Below, one piece after another: positions 25,165 to 34,662 of a stretch of DNA of 64,000 bases. The stretch spans positions 15,884 to 79,883 of the forward strand of contig JAHELW010000001.1 of assembly GCA_024643985.1 (NCBI GenBank), given 5' to 3'. The translations under genes and the position numbers were made by a program. Positions within the stretch are counted from its first letter, which is position 1; the number at the start of each line of letters is the position of its first letter. The notes below the pieces were generated by a model, which was given only the letters and a program-made list of their open reading frames with translations, was not told the DNA's origin and did no database searches. The stretch is from Myxococcales bacterium (GTDB lineage: Bacteria > Myxococcota_A > Polyangia > Polyangiales > Houyiibacteriaceae).

Positions 25165-27351
25165 ATGGCGATCATCGACTATCGGGTAGACGACGGCGTC
25201 GCCGTTTTGACGTGGGACGATCCGGCGCGTCCCATGAACGTGGTGAGCGGAGACGCGTTGGCGGAGCTCGGCGCCGGCATCGAAAGGGCGGTGGCCGACG
25301 AGGGCGTTCGCGGGATCGTTCTCACCTCGGGCAAGCAGGGCGTCTTCGTCGCCGGCGGCGACCTTCAACAGATCGAATCGCTCGGGTCTGGGCCCATCGA
25401 CGCGGGGGACCTCCTCGAGCGGACGAGCGCCGTGCTCGACCAGCTCCGGCGTATGGAGACCTGCGGCAAGCCGGTCGTCGCGGCGCTCAACGGGGTGACG
25501 CTCGGGGGCGGGTACGAGATCGCTCTCGCGTGCCATCGGCGCATTCTCGTCGATGACCGCTACGCAAAAGTCGGGCTTCCGGAAGCGGGTCTCGGGCTGA
25601 TGCCGGGCGCGGGCGGTACACAGCGTCTGCCGCGCCTCGTCGGCGTTCAGGCGGCCTTGGGTCTCATCATGCAGGGAAAGCAGCTCGGACCGGAGCAGGC
25701 GCTCGAGACGGGTCTCGTCGACGAGCTCGCGGGGCGTGACGAGCTCGTTCCGGCTGCAAAGCGCTGGATCGCCGATTCCGGCGACGCGGTTCAGCCCTGG
25801 GACCGCAAGGGGTACGAAGTGCCCGGCGGCGGCGCGAGCTCGGTCACCTTCGCGCAAACGATGATGGGCGCGAACGCGATGACCCATGCGAACACCCATC
25901 GAAACATGCCGTCGCAGCAGGCGATACTTCAGGCCGTGTACGAGGGGCTTCTCCTGCCGATGGATCGCGCCGGCAGGGTCGAGACGCGTCAGTTCATTCG
26001 GGTGCTCCAGGATCAAACGGCGCGAAGCATGCTGCGAACGCTCTTCTTCAGCCTCCAGGAGTGCCAGAAGGGCGCCCGGCGGCCGAAAGACGTACCGCGT
26101 TTCGAAGTGAAGAAGGTCGGCGTGCTCGGGGCAGGGCTCATGGGTCAGGGCATCGCCCACGTCTCGGCGAAGGCAAAGATCGACGTCGTCTTGATCGACC
26201 GCGATCTCGCCAGCGCCCAGCGCGGCAAGGACAAAGTCGAAAAAACGCTCGCGCGCCGGCTCGAAAAAGGCAGAACGACCCCCGAACGCATGCAGGCCGT
26301 TCTCGACCGGATTCGCCCGAGCGAAGACTACGATGACCTTCGGGGCTGCGACGTCGTGGTCGAAGCCGTCTTCGAGGACCGCGACCTCAAGGCCGAGGTC
26401 ACCAAAGCCGCCGATGCGCGCCTGAGCGACTCGGCGATTTTCGCCTCGAACACCTCCGGTCTGCCGATCACCGACTTGGCCAAAGCGTCGAGCCGACCCG
26501 AGACCTTCATCGGGCTTCATTTCTTTTCGCCGGTCGAACGCATGCAGATGGTCGAGATCGTCGTTGGCAAAGAGACCTCGGAAGAGACGCTCGCCAAGGC
26601 CTGGGACTACGTCTTGCAGATCAAGAAGGCGGGCATCGTGGTCAATGACAGCCCGGGGTTCTACACGAGCCGCGTGTTTGGAACGTTCATTTCGGAGGGC
26701 AATCACCTGCTCGTCGAAGGCGTCACACCCGCCCTGATCGAGAACGCTGCCAAAGCGGCGGGGATGCCGATGCCTCCGCTCGCGATCTCGGACCAAGTCG
26801 GCCTCGGCACGATGCACAAGGTCGCGAAGCAGGCGCAAGAGGATGCAGCGGCCGAGGGCAAACCGTGGGAACCCTCGCCCGCGCAAGCGATCGTCGCGTC
26901 GCTGATCGAGGAACACGACCGCTGGGGAGCCCATCCCCCGCCGCGGGAAGACGGTTCCGCGAGGCGCGCAGGGGGCTTTTACGACTACGACGACGACGGC
27001 AAGCGTCTCTGGCCCGGGCTGTCCGCCGCGATGAGCCGCTGGATCGCGACGCACGACGAACAGCCGAGCGCGGAGGAGGTCGAGCGGCGATACGTGTTCG
27101 TTCAGTGCCTGGAAGCGGCTCGATGCCTCGAGGAGGGGGTGATCGCCGACGTTCGCGACGGAGATGTCGGGGTCATCATGGCGGTCGGCTTTCCAGCCTT
27201 CACCGGCGGGCCGTTCACGTACATCGACAACTACGGGCTCGACGAGTTCGTTCGCGATGCCGACGCGCTCAGCAAGCGTCACGGGCAGCGCTTCGAGCCG
27301 CCGCGGCTGCTTCGAGACATGGCCGCAGAAGGACGACGCTTCTACCCGTAG
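25165..27351 (+). CDS. bifunctional enoyl-CoA hydratase / 3-hydroxyacyl-CoA dehydrogenase (FadB/FadJ-like)
   Basis: N-terminal crotonase (ALNGVTLGGGYEIALAC) and central Rossmann VGVLGAGLMGQGIA with the 3HCDH C-terminal domains. It starts 4 bp after the thiolase. Confidence 0.9.
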   Translation: MAIIDYRVDDGVAVLTWDDPARPMNVVSGDALAELGAGIERAVADEGVRGIVLTSGKQGVFVAGGDLQQIESLGSGPIDAGDLLERTSAVLDQLRRMETCGKPVVAALNGVTLGGGYEIALACHRRILVDDRYAKVGLPEAGLGLMPGAGGTQRLPRLVGVQAALGLIMQGKQLGPEQALETGLVDELAGRDELVPAAKRWIADSGDAVQPWDRKGYEVPGGGASSVTFAQTMMGANAMTHANTHRNMPSQQAILQAVYEGLLLPMDRAGRVETRQFIRVLQDQTARSMLRTLFFSLQECQKGARRPKDVPRFEVKKVGVLGAGLMGQGIAHVSAKAKIDVVLIDRDLASAQRGKDKVEKTLARRLEKGRTTPERMQAVLDRIRPSEDYDDLRGCDVVVEAVFEDRDLKAEVTKAADARLSDSAIFASNTSGLPITDLAKASSRPETFIGLHFFSPVERMQMVEIVVGKETSEETLAKAWDYVLQIKKAGIVVNDSPGFYTSRVFGTFISEGNHLLVEGVTPALIENAAKAAGMPMPPLAISDQVGLGTMHKVAKQAQEDAAAEGKPWEPSPAQAIVASLIEEHDRWGAHPPPREDGSARRAGGFYDYDDDGKRLWPGLSAAMSRWIATHDEQPSAEEVERRYVFVQCLEAARCLEEGVIADVRDGDVGVIMAVGFPAFTGGPFTYIDNYGLDEFVRDADALSKRHGQRFEPPRLLRDMAAEGRRFYP

Positions 27352-27442
27352 CCCGCACGGCTTTCATCGGAAGATTGCCATTCCAGCCCTTGTAATCACG
27401 CTGGGTTCCTTGGTACCAACGCGCTGAGCGGGAGGAGCGGCG

Positions 27443-28711
27443 ATGCGTAGGTTGGGATTGCTGTTGGTGGTGGCCGTCTCGAGCGTGAGCTCGACGGCGG
27501 CAGCAGGTGGCTATGACATACCGATCCTCTATTCGGCGCGCCACATCGGAGCCGGAGGCACGGCCGTGGCCGACGTCGACGACAGCTCGGCGGTCTTTCA
27601 CAACCCTGCCGGCATCGGGCAGATCGGCAAGGGGAATTTGCTGATCGACGTTTCGCTGCTCACCGGGGATCTGCGCTCGACGCCCTACTTGTTCGGCCCT
27701 GAGACCATCGAGTCGGAACCGGTCGTTGCCCCGTTCTTTCTCGTGGGAGGCTCCGCCCGGGTGCACGAATACATCACGCTCGGGTTTGCAGCCTATCCCG
27801 TGGCGGCTGCGTCGGGTGAGTACAAGTATGCGCTGGACGACGGCCAAAACGTCACCGACAGCACGACGTTGGTCTTCATGGAGGCCTCGCCGGCCATTGC
27901 GGTCAACATCGACAAGATCGGCCTTCGAATCGGCTTGGGCTACCGAGCGACGTTCGCGCTGCTCGATCGAACCCGGAACAGCGCGCCCCTCGACGTCGAC
28001 ATCAGGATGAGCGGGCTCAGCTTCTTGGGCTTCAGGGTCGGATTTCAGTGGCGCTTCACAGACTACTTCACGATCGGGATGAACTACCGCACGAGGACGA
28101 AGACCAAGATCTCGGCGAACGGTGGAAGCGGTACGGGCGTGGACTTCACGAGGGCGGAGACGGAGCTGACGCTCCCGGCTCGCCTGAGCGGTGGGTTTCG
28201 CTTCGACTGGGCGCCCTTCGCCTTCATGGCGGACTTCGAGTGGGGCTTCAATTCGCAGAACGACAGGATCGCCATCGACACGACCGATGTGAACGGCAAC
28301 ACCGGCTCCATCGCAAACGTCTTCAACTGGAGCGACCAGTGGACGCTTCGAACCGGCGGCGAGTACAGGGTCGCGAAAGAAAGAGTTCCGCTCCGCCTCG
28401 GGTTCATCTACGACTCAAAGACCACCAACTTCCAGTACCCGAGCGGCTTTTCGACGCCTCCCACCCACACCTATTCCGTGACCGCCGGAGTCGGCTACGA
28501 CCACGGGCCCTGGCAGATCAACGTCGCCTATGCGCGGCGCTTCGGCAAAGTGCTGATCGACGACCCCGAGAATCCGCAGACGCCGACCACGGCGGACGAT
28601 TCGCTCACGCGCGGTGAGTTGATCGCCGAGTGCCCCGCGTGCGGCTACTCGGGCGACTACCGGTTCCGCATCAACGGCTTCTACGTCGATTTTTCCTACG
28701 ACTGGTACTAG
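27443..28711 (+). CDS. outer membrane transport protein, FadL/TodX (OMPP1) family
   Basis: Signal peptide, then YSARHIGAGGTAVADVDDSSAVFHNPAGI, which is typical of FadL-type barrels. The protein is beta-strand rich with an aromatic C-terminus (DFSYDWY) and lies downstream of the beta-oxidation genes. Confidence 0.7.
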   Translation: MRRLGLLLVVAVSSVSSTAAAGGYDIPILYSARHIGAGGTAVADVDDSSAVFHNPAGIGQIGKGNLLIDVSLLTGDLRSTPYLFGPETIESEPVVAPFFLVGGSARVHEYITLGFAAYPVAAASGEYKYALDDGQNVTDSTTLVFMEASPAIAVNIDKIGLRIGLGYRATFALLDRTRNSAPLDVDIRMSGLSFLGFRVGFQWRFTDYFTIGMNYRTRTKTKISANGGSGTGVDFTRAETELTLPARLSGGFRFDWAPFAFMADFEWGFNSQNDRIAIDTTDVNGNTGSIANVFNWSDQWTLRTGGEYRVAKERVPLRLGFIYDSKTTNFQYPSGFSTPPTHTYSVTAGVGYDHGPWQINVAYARRFGKVLIDDPENPQTPTTADDSLTRGELIAECPACGYSGDYRFRINGFYVDFSYDWY

Positions 28712-28714
28712 GCG

Positions 28715-28730
28715 CGGCTACCGGTAGCCG
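28715..28730. other. perfect 16-bp palindrome at the fadL-like/ABC convergent junction
   Basis: CGGCTACCGGTAGCCG equals its own reverse complement. It spans the ABC gene stop codon and the 6-bp intergenic gap. Confidence 0.9.
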
Positions 28731-30535
28731 GCCGCCTGCAGCGTGAAGAGGTGGGCATATTGCCCGTTTGCTTTCATCAGCGTCTCGTGCGTGCCGCGCT
28801 CGGTGACCCTGCCGCGCTCGAGCACGACGATTTCGTCGGCCATGCGAACCGTCGAGAACCGATGCGAGATCAGGATCACCATCTTGTCTTCCGCCAACCG
28901 TCCGAACCGCTCGAAGACGGTGGCTTCGGCCTCGGCATCCATCGACGCCGTGGGCTCGTCGAGCACGAGGATGTCGGCCTCGTCGCGCATGAAGGCTCGG
29001 GATAAGGCGACCTTTTGCCACTGACCGAGGGACAGCTCCTGCCCGTCCTCGAACCACCGGCCGAGCTGTGTCTCGTATCCCTCTGGGAGCCGGTCGATGA
29101 AGTCGTGCGCCATTCCCTTTTCGGCGGCAGTGCGCCAGCGATCGGGGTCGCTGAAGCCACGAACGTCGCCGACGCCGACGTTTTCCCCGGCGGCGAGCTG
29201 GTAGCGCACGAAGTCCTGGAAGATGACTCCGATCCGTTTTCTGAGAGCTTCGAGGTCCCACGCACCGAGCTCGAGCCCGTCGAGCACGATGCGACCCTCG
29301 CTCGGGCGGTAGAGACGCGTCAGAAGCTTGATCAGGGTGGTCTTGCCGGCTCCGTTTTCGCCGACCAGGGCGAGCTTCCGGCCCGGCCGGAGGTGCAGGG
29401 AAACGTCGTCGAGCGCCGGCGCGTCGGCCCCTGGATAGGAGAAGCTCACGTGCTCGAAGCGAATTCCGTCTCCTGGCGTCGGGCCCACGACCGCCGTGCC
29501 ACCTTCGTCCGGCGCTTCGTAGTCGAGATACTCGTAGAGGTTCGACAGGTAGAGACTGTCTTCGTACATTCCCCCGATTGACCCGAGGATCGAGGCCAGC
29601 GCCGCCTGTCCCTGCTTGAACACGAGAAGGTACATGGTCATGTCGCCGAGCGTGATGCGCTTCGCGATCGTCTCGAGCGCAATCCAAGCGTACGCGCCGT
29701 AGAACGCGACGGTGCTCAACAGCCCAAGCACGAATCCCCAGATGCCGCGCCGCAGTGTGAGCGCGCGGTCCTCGGCGTAGAGCTCTTCGAAGATGTCCCG
29801 ATAGCGGCCGAGAAACACCGGGCCGAGATCGAAGAGCTTCACCTCCTTCGCGAAGTCTTCGCGAGCCAAGAGCACCTCGAGATAGTTCTGCTTGCGAGTC
29901 TCGGGCGCGCGCCACGTGAACAAGCGAAACGCCGTCGCCGAGAAGCGCGTTTCGACGAAAAAGGAAGGCACGGCGGCGACGACGAGAACGACGAGCGCCC
30001 AAACCGACAGCTGCAGAAGGAGGCCGCTATAGGCGATCAGCGAAAACGAGTGCTGCGCGAGCTGGAAGCTCCGCATCACGAGGCTCAAAGGGCGCTGGGA
30101 GGCCTCGCGGCGGGCTCGCGTCATACGGTCGTAGAGCTCGGAGTCTTCGAAAGCCGCGAGGTCGAGAGTCAGCGCCTTTTCGAGAATCATCTCGTTGACG
30201 CGCTGTCCGAGGAGCGCTCGCAGGAGCTGCTGACACGTCGTGAGACCACGCTGCGCGGCGGCCAAGAGCACCACGAGCCCCAGCTCGACGATCACCCAAA
30301 TCAACGCGGCGCGCTGGTCGTCCGCGGCGCCGGTTTGCGCAGCCTGCACCACCGAATCGACGATGAGCTTGCCCACCCAGGCGATTGCGGCCGGCATGAC
30401 GCCGGCTACCAGGCTCAGGAAACCCAGCGCAAAGCTCAGACCACGGCTCGTCGTCCAAACGAGAGCAACCCCGTGCCGCAGCTGCCGGAACACCCCCAGC
30501 ACCTGGGGCCGGCCGAGGCGGGGTCGCGTCTTCAT
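28718..30535 (-). CDS. ABC transporter, fused permease/ATP-binding protein (exporter type)
   Basis: Six-TM N-terminal half, Walker A GENGAGKTT, signature LSLGQWQ, Walker B ILVLDEPT. Confidence 0.9.
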   Translation of the reverse strand: MKTRPRLGRPQVLGVFRQLRHGVALVWTTSRGLSFALGFLSLVAGVMPAAIAWVGKLIVDSVVQAAQTGAADDQRAALIWVIVELGLVVLLAAAQRGLTTCQQLLRALLGQRVNEMILEKALTLDLAAFEDSELYDRMTRARREASQRPLSLVMRSFQLAQHSFSLIAYSGLLLQLSVWALVVLVVAAVPSFFVETRFSATAFRLFTWRAPETRKQNYLEVLLAREDFAKEVKLFDLGPVFLGRYRDIFEELYAEDRALTLRRGIWGFVLGLLSTVAFYGAYAWIALETIAKRITLGDMTMYLLVFKQGQAALASILGSIGGMYEDSLYLSNLYEYLDYEAPDEGGTAVVGPTPGDGIRFEHVSFSYPGADAPALDDVSLHLRPGRKLALVGENGAGKTTLIKLLTRLYRPSEGRIVLDGLELGAWDLEALRKRIGVIFQDFVRYQLAAGENVGVGDVRGFSDPDRWRTAAEKGMAHDFIDRLPEGYETQLGRWFEDGQELSLGQWQKVALSRAFMRDEADILVLDEPTASMDAEAEATVFERFGRLAEDKMVILISHRFSTVRMADEIVVLERGRVTERGTHETLMKANGQYAHLFTLQAAGYR

Positions 30536-30582
30536 CGGCCGAGCATAGAGCGTTCGACACCGCCTGCCATAGCCCTAAACAT

Positions 30583-31149
30583 ATGCAACGAAGCGCGGTC
30601 ATGAGTGAACGAGCAACAGGCCCCCGAGTCAGAAGAATTCCTACCGGCGACAATCGTGAACGGCTCGTATGCCCCGACTGCGAGTACGTGGCCTACGAGA
30701 ACCCAAAGGTCGTCGTCGGTGTCCTCGCTACGTGGGAGGACAAGCTTCTGATGTGTCGGCGCGCGATCGAGCCTCGCCGCGGCTACTGGACCCTTCCAGC
30801 GGGTTTCATGGAAATGGGCGAGACTCCGGAAGAGGGCGCCGCTCGTGAAGCGTGGGAAGAAGCGCGCGCTCAGCTCGAGATCGTCGACCTGCTCGCCGTC
30901 TACAGCCTACGACACATCAGCCAGCTCCAGCTGTTCTACCGCGCGCGCCTATCGTCGCCGGACGTATCGGCCGGACCGGAAAGTGAGGACGTGGGATTGT
31001 TTTCATTCGACCGCTTGCCCGATACCGAGCTGGCGTTCCCGTCGGTGCACTGGGCGATTCGGCACTTCCGAGAGGTGCGTAACCGAAATGCCTTCCCGCC
31101 TTTTCGAAATCCCGCCGACGCGACCGGCGACATGCGCCGTGGCCGTTGA
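30583..31149 (+). CDS. NUDIX hydrolase with N-terminal zinc-ribbon
   Basis: CPDCEY zinc-ribbon half-site and the Nudix box GFMEMGETPEEGAAREAWEEARA. Confidence 0.85.
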   Translation: MQRSAVMSERATGPRVRRIPTGDNRERLVCPDCEYVAYENPKVVVGVLATWEDKLLMCRRAIEPRRGYWTLPAGFMEMGETPEEGAAREAWEEARAQLEIVDLLAVYSLRHISQLQLFYRARLSSPDVSAGPESEDVGLFSFDRLPDTELAFPSVHWAIRHFREVRNRNAFPPFRNPADATGDMRRGR

Positions 31150-31257
31150 GCCACGTTCGCGTCCCGCGTGACACGCCCGGGCCCGTTCCGGCCCCGAAAA
31201 ACGAGGGAGATCGCATTGGCACGGCACGTGCTCCTTCTCGGCGGAGGAGGTTTCACG

Positions 31258-31875
31258 ATGACTAGACACGTTGCCATGCTCACCCTTGCTCTCTTCGCCG
31301 TCGCGTTTTCGGGCTGTACCGACGCCGACCCGAAGGAATCCGAGTTGATCGACAAGACGACCACGCAGAAGCCGGTCTTCACGTCCACGACTCCAGCGCC
31401 GGAGCCCGTCGCCGACGAGCCCGATGCGGTCGAGGACGCGGAGAAAGCGGCGGAGGCCGTCGAAGCGGTCGACGAAATCGAGCCCGTGAAGGAGCCTGCG
31501 ATGCCTTCGTTCGACCCGGTCGTAGAGACCGTGGACGGGCTCACCATCGTACGCTTCGTCACGACGTCGGAGATCGCGAAGCGCGAGCCCGTCGCTCCCG
31601 GCACGAGCTTTGGAACGGACCACGAAAGAATCTACGCGTTCATCGAGGCAAGCAACGAATCGACTTCGGAGAAGCGCTTGATGGTTCATTTCATCGGACC
31701 GGAGACGACGGTGAGCGGCGGCATCGAGCTGCACATTCCTGCGTCGGTGCCCCGGTGGAGAACTTGGGCCTACACGCGCCACGCGAAGAAGCCAGGGCTC
31801 TGGCGCGTCGAGATCCGCGACCTCGAAGGCAATCTGCTCGGTGCGCTCCCGTTCGAAGTAGAGCCCGGAATCTGA
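31258..31875 (+). CDS. lipoprotein with DUF2914-like C-terminal domain
   Basis: Lipobox LFAVAFSGC, an acidic low-complexity linker, and a C-terminal block (...RIYAFIEASN...VHFIGPE...WRTWAYTRHAKKPGLWRVEIRD..G) that resembles DUF2914. Confidence 0.5.
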   Translation: MTRHVAMLTLALFAVAFSGCTDADPKESELIDKTTTQKPVFTSTTPAPEPVADEPDAVEDAEKAAEAVEAVDEIEPVKEPAMPSFDPVVETVDGLTIVRFVTTSEIAKREPVAPGTSFGTDHERIYAFIEASNESTSEKRLMVHFIGPETTVSGGIELHIPASVPRWRTWAYTRHAKKPGLWRVEIRDLEGNLLGALPFEVEPGI

Positions 31876-31919
31876 GGGCAAAAAGGTGCATCGAAAGCGC
31901 GATCCGGTATGCTGAACGG

Positions 31920-33173
31920 GTGGACGATTCCTCCGTCGTGTCCCGGATCGCGCACGAGTCGTGCCTCCAGGCGCCCTCGCTCCTGACGCGCGGGCATTGG
32001 TGGGAAGAGCTCGACCGCGACTTCGCGCGCCGGCCCGAGGGGTTCGAGCTCGCGCTTGCCGACAGGTTGAAAGTCGGCGCCGCGGCAGGCTTCGACACCA
32101 TCCTTCGCAGCGCCGGCGCGTCGATGATCTCAAGCATGGCGGTCCCGCTCGGCTACAATCCCATCGAGCTCCGTCGCGCGACGCGGGATGCCGGCTTCTA
32201 CGCCGAGCTCGCCGAATCCGGCGATCCGACGCGCTTTTTCGCGAAGCCCCCGACCGGCGTCCGCGTGCGCACCGAAAAAGGCCGGTGGTTGCCTAGGTTC
32301 GAGCCCGACGACGGAACGTGTGAGGCGGTCAGCTTCGACAGCCCCTTTCAGCCGGTCAACCCGAGGCAACACAAGTCGTACCTTCGTCACGGAGCGAACC
32401 GGATCGCGCACGCGCGAATGCTACGACACCGCGGGGGAGAGCCAAGACCCACCATCGTCGCCATTCACGGCTTCACGGCGGACTGGTATCTGATCAACGA
32501 GTGGTTCTTCGCGCTCCCGTGGTTCTACCGAATGGGTTGCGACATCGTCCTGTTCACGCTCCCCTTTCATGGGCCGCGGCAGACACGCTTCTCGCCGTTT
32601 TCGGGTCACGGATACTTCGCGGGTGGGACCTCACGTCTCAACGAGGCGGTGGCTCAATCGGTATTCGACTTTCGCATCCTGTTCGACTGGTTGCAGCGCG
32701 AACGCGGCGCCGAGAAGATCGGCGTCACCGGGCTCAGCCTGGGAGGCTTCACCACGGCCATGCTTGCAAGCGTCGAAGACAGGCTCGAGTTCGCCATTCC
32801 AAACGTCCCGGTCGTCAGTCTCGCGGACCTCGTCTTGGAATGGCAGCCAATCGGCTGGTTGCTTCGCGGGGCGCTCGGGACGATGGGCATGGATCTCAAG
32901 GATGCTCGGCGCATGGTGGCGGTGAGCTGTCCGCTCACCTACGCGCCGGTGTTGCCTCCAGAGCGACTGATGATCGTCGGCGGCGTCGGCGATCGCCTCG
33001 CGCCGCCGAAGCACTCCCGACTCCTCTGGGACCACTGGGGCCGGTGTCGAATTCACTGGTTCCCGGGCAGCCACATCATCCACATGGACCGAGGCGTCTA
33101 CCTCACCGAGATGGCGCGGTTCATGGTCGGGCGCGGCTTTCTCCCGCAAGGCGAGCTCCCGCCGACACATTAG
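31920..33173 (+). CDS. alpha/beta hydrolase fold protein
   Basis: Nucleophile elbow GLSLGG and the HGF...P(F)HG pattern. The start is uncertain: GTG 31920 or ATG 32124. Confidence 0.6.
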   Translation: MDDSSVVSRIAHESCLQAPSLLTRGHWWEELDRDFARRPEGFELALADRLKVGAAAGFDTILRSAGASMISSMAVPLGYNPIELRRATRDAGFYAELAESGDPTRFFAKPPTGVRVRTEKGRWLPRFEPDDGTCEAVSFDSPFQPVNPRQHKSYLRHGANRIAHARMLRHRGGEPRPTIVAIHGFTADWYLINEWFFALPWFYRMGCDIVLFTLPFHGPRQTRFSPFSGHGYFAGGTSRLNEAVAQSVFDFRILFDWLQRERGAEKIGVTGLSLGGFTTAMLASVEDRLEFAIPNVPVVSLADLVLEWQPIGWLLRGALGTMGMDLKDARRMVAVSCPLTYAPVLPPERLMIVGGVGDRLAPPKHSRLLWDHWGRCRIHWFPGSHIIHMDRGVYLTEMARFMVGRGFLPQGELPPTH

Positions 33174-33233
33174 GGATGGATTTCTCGGGCCTCCTGAGTA
33201 CCCTCTCCCGGGGTTCACAACACCAGGAGTTTC

Positions 33234-33746
33234 ATGGAGCGTCGGATACCTCTTTCTCGTCGCAAGGGCGACATCGTCGTGCTGGCCTTCTTCTGGCTCA
33301 ACATTCTCGTCATCACCTACGTAGTCGACGTCGAGCAGATCGTCCTGCCCGACATCAGCGGCGAGTGGGAATACCCGCTTTGGCCGCCCGCCTTCGCAAT
33401 CGACATCATCCACTGGTACGGACGAAACTTCGACCCTGTCCTCATCGCGCGTCCCGCGTGGTGGCGGATGACGATTTGGATCGATTCACTGTTCTTCGGT
33501 CCGTTCTACGTGTTTGGGATCTACGCATGGACGAAGGGTAAGAACTGGATTCGAATTCCGAGCATCATCTGGGCGTCGGTTCTGATTACGAACGTCACGA
33601 TCATCCTCGGGGAGGAATTCATGGGGCCGCACGCGACTCCGCACCCTTGGCTGGTTCTCGCGCTCAACGCGCCCTGGGTCTTGGTGCCGGCATACGTGAT
33701 CAAGCGGCTCTACGACACCGAAACGCCTTTCACCGAAACCGTGTGA
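33234..33746 (+). CDS. EXPERA-domain membrane protein (TMEM97 / sigma-2 receptor / EBP-like)
   Basis: Four predicted TM segments. The block WYGRNFDPVLIARPAWWRMTIWIDSLFFGPFYVFGIYAWTKGKNWIRIPSIIWASVLITNV parallels human TMEM97 as I recall it ([55 protein letters not shown]). Confidence 0.7.
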   Translation: MERRIPLSRRKGDIVVLAFFWLNILVITYVVDVEQIVLPDISGEWEYPLWPPAFAIDIIHWYGRNFDPVLIARPAWWRMTIWIDSLFFGPFYVFGIYAWTKGKNWIRIPSIIWASVLITNVTIILGEEFMGPHATPHPWLVLALNAPWVLVPAYVIKRLYDTETPFTETV

Positions 33747-34540
33747 CCGAGCTCGTCGACCGATATGGCCCGTGGGCGGTCGTTGCGGGTGCATCCGAAG
33801 GGATTGGCGCTTCGTTTTCGGCCAAGCTGGCCGCTCGCGGCTTCAACCTGGTGCTGGTCGCGCGGCGCTCGGGACCCCTCGAAGAGCTCGCGAGCTCGCT
33901 CAGGCACGCACACGGCGTCGAAGTCCGCATTCGCTCCATCGATCTCGGCTCGCCCGGGGCGGTCTCCGCGCTGAGAGAAGCGAGCGAGGACGTCGACGTC
34001 GGCCTCTTCATCTACAACGCGGCCTATTCCCCCATCGGGGCCTTTCTCGACATCGAGGTCGAGGCGCATGAAAAAGCGGTCGCTGTCAACGTGCTGGGGC
34101 CGTTGCGGGCGTCGCATTATTTCGGACGCCGTCTGGTCGCTCGCGGCAAGGGGGGCATCATCTTGATGTCTTCGATGAGCGGCTTTCAGGGTACGGCGAT
34201 GGTCGCCAACTACGCTGCCACGAAGGCGTACGACACGATCCTGGCCGAAGGGCTCTGGTACGAGCTCGGTCAACGCGGGGTCGACGTGCTCGCCTGCATC
34301 GCAGGTGCAACGTCGACGCCGAGCTACGAGTCGTCCACGGACCGTATCCCGAGAAGCGGCCTCGCGCGGCCGATGGAGCCTGACGACGTCACGGAGCAGG
34401 CGCTGCGAGACTTAGGTGCGCGTCCGGCCGCGGTGTCCGGGCCCCGCAATCGGCTCGCGTCCATTCTGCTGAGGCGGCTGCTCCGGCGCGAGGCGGCGAT
34501 TCGAATGGTGAGCGAGGAAACCGAGCACATGTACCGCTGA
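33743..34540 (+). CDS. short-chain dehydrogenase/reductase (HSD17B12 / 3-ketoacyl reductase-like)
   Basis: The GTG at 33743 overlaps the EXPERA stop (GTGA). Motifs: WAVVAGASEGIGASF, YNAA, catalytic YAATK. Confidence 0.85.
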   Translation: MTELVDRYGPWAVVAGASEGIGASFSAKLAARGFNLVLVARRSGPLEELASSLRHAHGVEVRIRSIDLGSPGAVSALREASEDVDVGLFIYNAAYSPIGAFLDIEVEAHEKAVAVNVLGPLRASHYFGRRLVARGKGGIILMSSMSGFQGTAMVANYAATKAYDTILAEGLWYELGQRGVDVLACIAGATSTPSYESSTDRIPRSGLARPMEPDDVTEQALRDLGARPAAVSGPRNRLASILLRRLLRREAAIRMVSEETEHMYR

Positions 34541-34662
34541 TGGCGACCGGGCAATTTTCGGGTTTTCTTGCCCGAGCGACGGGGTTCAGGGAAAGTAGGG
34601 GTCGGGCGGGCGCTTGCAGGCCCCAACCTTGCAGCGGCCTGTCCGGTAAGTTAATCACGAGT

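Noticed and set aside
25144-27282. 712-aa ORF on the minus strand
   Set aside because: It is antisense to the FadB-like gene, has Arg/Pro-rich composition and no recognisable domain. Shadow ORF.
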